From: Gaiellaceae bacterium
Lineage (GTDB): Bacteria; Actinomycetota; Thermoleophilia; Gaiellales; Gaiellaceae
DNA: 33,975 nucleotides
Assembly: GCA_036496165.1 (NCBI GenBank)
Contig: DASXLN010000329.1
Span: 1 to 33,975, forward strand
Direction: 5' to 3'
Every line of letters starts with the position of its first letter. Within the stretch, counting starts at the first letter, position 1. A program made the position numbers and the translations under genes. Under the pieces are notes generated by a model. It was given only the letters and a program-made list of their open reading frames with translations, searched no databases and was not told where the DNA came from. Below are positions 33,178 through 33,975 of this stretch, one piece after another.

Positions 33178-33975
33178 GCACGCAGTTCCTCGCGCCCGTC
33201 GTCGCGGAGGAAGACCAGGAGATCGAGCAGACACTCCGCCCGCGCCGGCTCGACGAGTTCGTCGGGCAGGAGCGCGTGAAGGAGCAGCTCGCGATCGCGC
33301 TCACCGCCGCGCAGGCGCGCGGCGAAGCGCTCGACCACGTCCTCCTCGTCGGCCCGCCGGGCCTCGGGAAGACGAGCCTCGCGCACATCGTCCGTGAGGA
33401 GCTCGGCGTCGGCATCCGCACCGTGGCCGGCCCCGCGCTCGAGCGCAAGGGCGACATGGCAGCGATCCTCACCGCGCTCGACGAGCGCGACGTCCTTTTC
33501 GTCGACGAGATCCACCGGCTGAACCGCGCGATCGAGGAGATCCTCTATCCGGCGCTCGAGGACTTCAGGCTCGACATCATCGTCGGCCAGGGGCCTGCCG
33601 CGCGGACGCTCACGCTCGACCTGCCGCCGTTCACGCTCATCGGCGCGACGACCCGCACGGGCCTGCTGACGACGCCGCTGCGCGACCGGTTCGGCATGAC
33701 GTTCCGGCTCGACTACTACGGGCCGGAGGAGCTGGCGACGATCGTCCACCGCTCGGCGCGCATCCTCGGCGTCGAGATCGCCGACGACGCGGCGCAGGAG
33801 ATCGCGCGCCGGTCGCGCGGGACGCCGCGCATCGCGAACCGCATCCTTCGTCGCGTGCGCGACGTCGCGCAGGTGCGTCACCAGGGCGCGATCACGACCG
33901 CGGTCGCAGCGGAAGCGCTCGCGCTGCTCGAAGTCGACCAGGCCGGGCTCGAACGCATCGACCGCGAGCTCCTGC
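33174..33975 (+). CDS. ruvB: Holliday junction ATP-dependent DNA helicase RuvB, 5' portion (runs off the right edge)
   Basis: GTG 33174 overlaps the ruvA stop (GTGA). Motifs [13 protein letters not shown], Walker [10 protein letters not shown], Walker [10 protein letters not shown], and [16 protein letters not shown]. Open to the end of the window; not in the ORF track because it has no stop. Confidence 0.95.
   Translation, partial: MSTQFLAPVVAEEDQEIEQTLRPRRLDEFVGQERVKEQLAIALTAAQARGEALDHVLLVGPPGLGKTSLAHIVREELGVGIRTVAGPALERKGDMAAILTALDERDVLFVDEIHRLNRAIEEILYPALEDFRLDIIVGQGPAARTLTLDLPPFTLIGATTRTGLLTTPLRDRFGMTFRLDYYGPEELATIVHRSARILGVEIADDAAQEIARRSRGTPRIANRILRRVRDVAQVRHQGAITTAVAAEALALLEVDQAGLERIDRELL

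Overview
Very GC-rich, tightly packed chromosomal segment. Third codon positions are almost always G/C, GTG starts are frequent, and many genes share 4-nt start/stop overlaps. The style is Actinomycetota-like (possibly Thermoleophilia/Rubrobacteria-like, but taxon is not determinable from sequence alone). I support about 45 CDS, one tmRNA and one tRNA.

Layout, left to right:
- 1-4060: S41 protease 3' end, SUV3-like helicase, PaaI thioesterase, hemerythrin, and the trans-translation pair smpB and ssrA separated by an FKBP isomerase gene.
- 4032-4821: a perfect 26-bp copy of the ssrA 3' end recurs 764 bp downstream. The two copies bracket a 738-bp integrase-less insert carrying one small secreted-protein gene.
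- 4825-8976: two large secreted enzymes, an SGNH hydrolase with Fn3 repeats and a beta-helix protein.
- 9055-12041: a MarR / MFS / MBL-hydrolase unit.
- 12070-13877: M15 peptidase, an orphan hydrogenase-maturation-protease-like gene and a PRTase.
- 13985-16328: an RpoD-like sigma factor followed by a small signal-peptide ORF and a degenerate PIN protein, then SHOCT and USP genes.
- 16425-23310: a gamma-glutamylation catabolic cluster (ACT-type permease, CaCA transporter, GS-like ligase, gamma-glutamyl hydrolase, aldehyde dehydrogenase, SDR).
- 23311-28931: YjbQ, tRNA-Met(CAT), a clan GH-A hydrolase, msrA, a His-tailed secreted protein, an esterase-SDR-membrane protein operon and a lipoprotein.
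- 28945-33975: the conserved block pdxS-(membrane protein)-pdxT-yebC-ruvCAB.

I saw no CRISPR array, transposase, integrase or recognisable defence system. The most unusual item is the att-like ssrA duplication. The other findings are modest context anomalies. All functional calls come from reading motifs by eye, with no database search.
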